Shown piece by piece: positions 59,649 through 64,000 of a DNA stretch of 64,000 nucleotides (positions are counted from its first letter, which is position 1; each line of letters opens with the position of its first letter). The stretch lies in the NCBI RefSeq assembly GCF_009914755.1, contig NC_060939.1; one strand, written 5' to 3'. Source of the stretch: the human T2T-CHM13v2.0 reference genome, Homo sapiens. The translations under genes and the position numbers were made by a program. The notes beneath the pieces are model-generated. The model ran no database searches. It was not told the origin of the DNA and worked only from the letters and a program-made list of their open reading frames with translations.

Positions 59649-62639
59649 AGAGGCACACATCTATTGTGCAATCATTGGGATGTTGACTCGTATCACTTGG
59701 TTGAGGTGATGCCTGCCAGGCCTCTCTTCTATAAAGTTACTGTTTCCCCTTTGCAATGAATAAGCATACGCCAACATTGAAAGGTCAGGTTGAGGAAGGA
59801 AGGAAGCCAGGAAGAAAGCCAGTGCAGGGGCAGCCGAGAGACAGAAGGAAAGAAGGAGGGCGTCCTGGAGCCAGCAGGAGGGGCAGCATGAGTGAGGCAG
59901 GGCTGGCATTTATTGCATTAGAGGATGAAGAGTGTCCCTTGGAAGCAGCTGCCACCTGCAGGTGGCGGGCGTCGAGTTAAGCCTCTTTCGGGTGGAGCAG
60001 TGGGCCTGGAGCCAACTCAGGCTGAGTCAAGTGTGAGAGGGAGGTGAGAATGGAGATGACTGGAAAACACCTCTGTGGGGAAGGTGGTCTGTGGGCTGGG
60101 CAGAGAGGGACAGGCAGTGACGGAGAAGCATGTGGGCTTGGGGGACAGTTTGAATAGATAGAGGGGACTTAGGATATCTAGAGTGTGACAGGAGGGAGCC
60201 AGATGAGAGGCGCAAGTCCAAGGAGAGGGGTGCAATCCACAGTGTCCCAGGCGGGACGTGGGAGCCGATGACAAAAGACATGGCGGTTCTGAGGCTGTGA
60301 TGGGGGGTACTCGTCAGAGCCCAGCCTGATGGGGCAGGTGGATGGGGGGGCCGGAAGGATGGCCAGGCGAACAGAGGAGAGTGAGCCATGCAGGGGATGA
60401 TCCCTGGGGGTGGGGGAGAGGGGGAGGGCAGGCTGCCCAGAGGTGGGGGTGGGTGGCAGGTGGCGAGGAGGGCAGGTCCAAGGTTCTGGCCATGAGACTG
60501 TCCTGACAGCTTTAGCTGCCTGATGCAGATGGACAACGCAGACCTAGGGGACGCAGTGCTGGGATGTTCCAGGAAAGGGGCTGGATGAGGAGGGTGGTGA
60601 AAGCTGGAGGGGCCTGAAGGATGACGCAAAAGTGCAGGGAGTGCAGGGTCAGCACTGGGGTCTCAGAGATGGGGGGCAGGGGATGGCCTCCCAGAGAGAC
60701 TGGCTGTCAGTGCTGTGGGAGGTGGTGAGAAGCCCAGGATTGCAGTGGGGGACCGGCCTGTGAGGGAGTGGAGTGGAGGTGTTTGCACATGAGGAGGTCT
60801 GGGAACGGGGAGGCCAGGGCATTGGTGGTGGTCCCTGGGGAGGCCTGAGCTATCAGGGTCATGGCAGGAGTTGGGGTGGGGTGGAGGTGGCCTCGAGCCA
60901 CGGCTGCTAGGTTTATGAGTAGGTACCCAGGGCAGCCCTGAGGAGCTGAAGGGGGACACACCTGGATGCCAGTGCCCCAGAGGAATGGGGCATTTGATGG
61001 GGAGGGCACAGTCTGGGGACCAAGGCAGCCAGAGACCCACGGCACTGTGGACTCTGAGGCATGAGGGATGTGAATGTCGGAGCAGCCAGCTTTGGACAGG
61101 GCCGAGGGCCACCTCCAGGGGTGAGCTGGGTCTCCATCAGAGCTGGAGGAAAGGAAGCATTTGGAACAAATTGGAGTGGCTTGTGACCTGCTGGGGTGCG
61201 GGGTGGCCTAGTTTCCTGAAGAGCTGTGCACCAGGATGATGGGGCAGAAGCAGTGAGGGAGGAAGGCAGGAGGCTCCCCGGGCCTGAAATACTTGGAGAC
61301 TGCCCGCTCACCAGGAAGGTGGGGGTCCCAGCCCCAGATCCGGCCCCTCTCAGCACTGGGATACCATCAGGGCTCGCAGCTTCCTACAGGAAAAGCTGAC
61401 GCGGATGGGGCTGAGGACATAGCATTGGCCCTGGCCTGAGGCCAGTGAGGCTGGGTCACCCCCCAGCCTGGCTCAGCCCTCCCTTACCCAGAAATCAGAG
61501 GTTTACTTGCCCCATGGGCATATGGGGGCACACAGGGTCTGCTGCTGGGGGGACTGGGCCCCTGTCCTCTGTTCTGAGGCCTGTGGTCCCTCAGGGGCTT
61601 CTGGACACCCTGCATGCCTGTCCTACCTGCTGCTCTGAGCCCTCGCTGTGCCTGCTGACTGGAATGCGTTCAGAGCATGGCTTGGTTTCTATTCAATCAG
61701 AGACTATGATCCAAGGAGAGCCCTGGGTTTTGTGTCCTGGTTCCATCTCTGCTATTTTGATGTAATAGGAGACTTTGGGCAAGTCCTTGTTCCTTTCCGG
61801 GCCTCAGTTTTCTTAACTGTGTACTGGGGTGGTGACAGACACCCCTGTCTAAAGCCAGCAGTCATCTGGTTCCTGAGATGGACACCGCTGACCCGGTTCA
61901 GGTCAAATCCCTAGTCTGTTACGAACAGTGGAGGTGACAGGCCCCAGGCCCCCAAAAGCCTCCTGGGTTCTTAGGAATGAAGAGGTTCCCAGCATGTTTT
62001 CAGGCCTGGGGCTCATCCATCCGTCAGATGGGGCTGGCTGCCTTCCCTCCCCTTCTATGTGTCCTCTCATACCGCCCTCCAACTCCAACTGCTCCCCTGC
62101 CAAGGGAGTGCTCTTGGTCACAGGCACAGGAAGCAGCCCCTTGAAGGCTCAGCACCACCCCTCTGTCCTCCTTTATTTGCTTCCCACTCCTTTTTGTATC
62201 CATTGAGCTAGACATGGATCTCTAAAGATACCACGCCCTGGGATAGGATTCTGGGGAGGAGCTATCAGACAGTCACACCTTAGTGATAATTGACTTGATA
62301 TTTTGCCAGGGGAAAAATAGACTTGACAGAAGAGAGGGCATGTCCAGAGCCTGGGAGGTAGGTGGGAGAGGCAGGGGGTAGAGAGCCCCCAGGGGGCTGT
62401 GTGTGCTGCACAAACCCTTCACCCATGACCCACCAACCCTTTCCATTCCTTTCCCCAACCTTAGGGCACCCACTGGGAGTGAAGCGCTAGCTGATACGTA
62501 ACACCATCTCTCCATTTCCCTTCCCTGACCCAGGGTCCTGGGGACCCCCAGGCCACTTGGCCTGGTTGGTGATGGGGGACAGTGGGATAGTCAGGGTTCC
62601 ATAACTAAGCTCCCAGCATAGAATTTCCACGCCGCAGTT

Positions 62640-62710
62640 CAGGCGCCATGGCAACCAGGGGAAATAAACACTACGAGTTTCACAGTCCAAGCTCTGCCGT
62701 GACGTCATCT
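62640..62710 (+). promoter_or_regulatory. ODF3L1: ODF3L1 proximal promoter: RFX X-box-like motif and palindromic CRE
   Basis: GGCGCCATGGCAAC at 62642-62655; TGACGTCA at 62700-62707; ~200-270 nt upstream of the ATG. Confidence 0.7.
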
Positions 62711-62848
62711 CCAGCTCCAGCCTGCTGGGGCCTGTGCTGACTGTGCCCCAGACAGCCTTAGCTGCTCAAGCTGGAGAACTGTCTTCCTTCCCAGCTTCCT
62801 CCGTGTCTGGGGTGGGGGATGGGGGGGTCTCAGGCAGGGATACTCTAG

Positions 62849-63118
<270 letters not shown>

Positions 63119-63773
63119 TGAAGCCTTACAGAAGACCTGAGCCTCCAAGCTGACCCTCACAGGCAGTGTTGGCTGCTGGGATTGTCCAAGTGGGTGGGGG
63201 AGGAGGGGAGCATGGGACTTGCAGTGAGGCCCGCTTTGGAAAAAGACTAGGAGCCTTTGTCCTAGCTTTAGCTTTCCTCACTTCCCTTCAATTTTACTCT
63301 CAAGGGACAGCAGACGCTAATTCTTACTATGTTGGTAATGACTGACTAGTGCTCTAAGTGGGAGTAGTTTAGTGCAGGGATTGAAGGTTTGGGTTCTACT
63401 GGATGATGGTCTTAGAATCTTCACACTACTAGTTTGTGATATGTGGGTAGATATTTCTAAGCCTCAATATTCTGTAAAATGGGAAAAACAAGAGCATTTA
63501 CCTTACAGCATTGTTCAGAGGCTTAACGGAAATAATCCATGTCGGATGCCTAGTGGAGAACCTGGAGCAGAATAAGTTCTCAATTAACTGTAACTATTAG
63601 CTTCTTATTATGCATTGTCTGTCCAAGGGAAACTGCATTTTATCTGGAAATACTGCCTTCCCCCAAACGAAGCAGCTGGATGGATGCTGGGCTCGTGGCA
63701 GTGCGATAGCAGCAAGAACAAATACCCCCAATGTTCCCATGGTGCGCTGTACTGGGGCTTCCCCTGCCTCTGA

Positions 63774-63980
<207 letters not shown>

Positions 63981-64000
63981 TGAGGGGAGAGACATGGAGC

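Overview
Human-like (primate) genomic DNA, GC-rich and rich in Alu, MIR and L2 repeats. It holds the complete 10-exon CSPG4 (NG2/MCSP) gene on the minus strand. I rebuilt the exons from GT-AG boundaries: 88+164+3537+483+177+199+135+167+184+1835 = 6969 nt, giving 2322 aa plus stop (ATG at 51468, stop at 14260, AATAAA at 13053-13048). The first two coding exons of ODF3L1/CIMAP1C lie on the plus strand at the right end, behind an X-box and CRE promoter. The left end is probably the last ~1 kb of the SNX33 3'UTR (assigned from remembered synteny only). This is a known locus (chr15q24 from memory), and I see no new protein-coding system. The most interesting unexplained structures are: (1) an 82-bp, ~93%-identical copy of the exon 8 3' end with its intact splice donor inside intron 5, next to a 4-tier G-quadruplex and a strong CTCF motif; (2) a stop-free, phase-0/0 giant exon 3 flanked by inverted Alus; (3) a hairpin that could sequester the CSPG4 poly(A) signal; (4) a palindromic two-way CTCF-like site between the CSPG4 and ODF3L1 promoters. 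Repeat boundaries and subfamilies were read by eye and are approximate.
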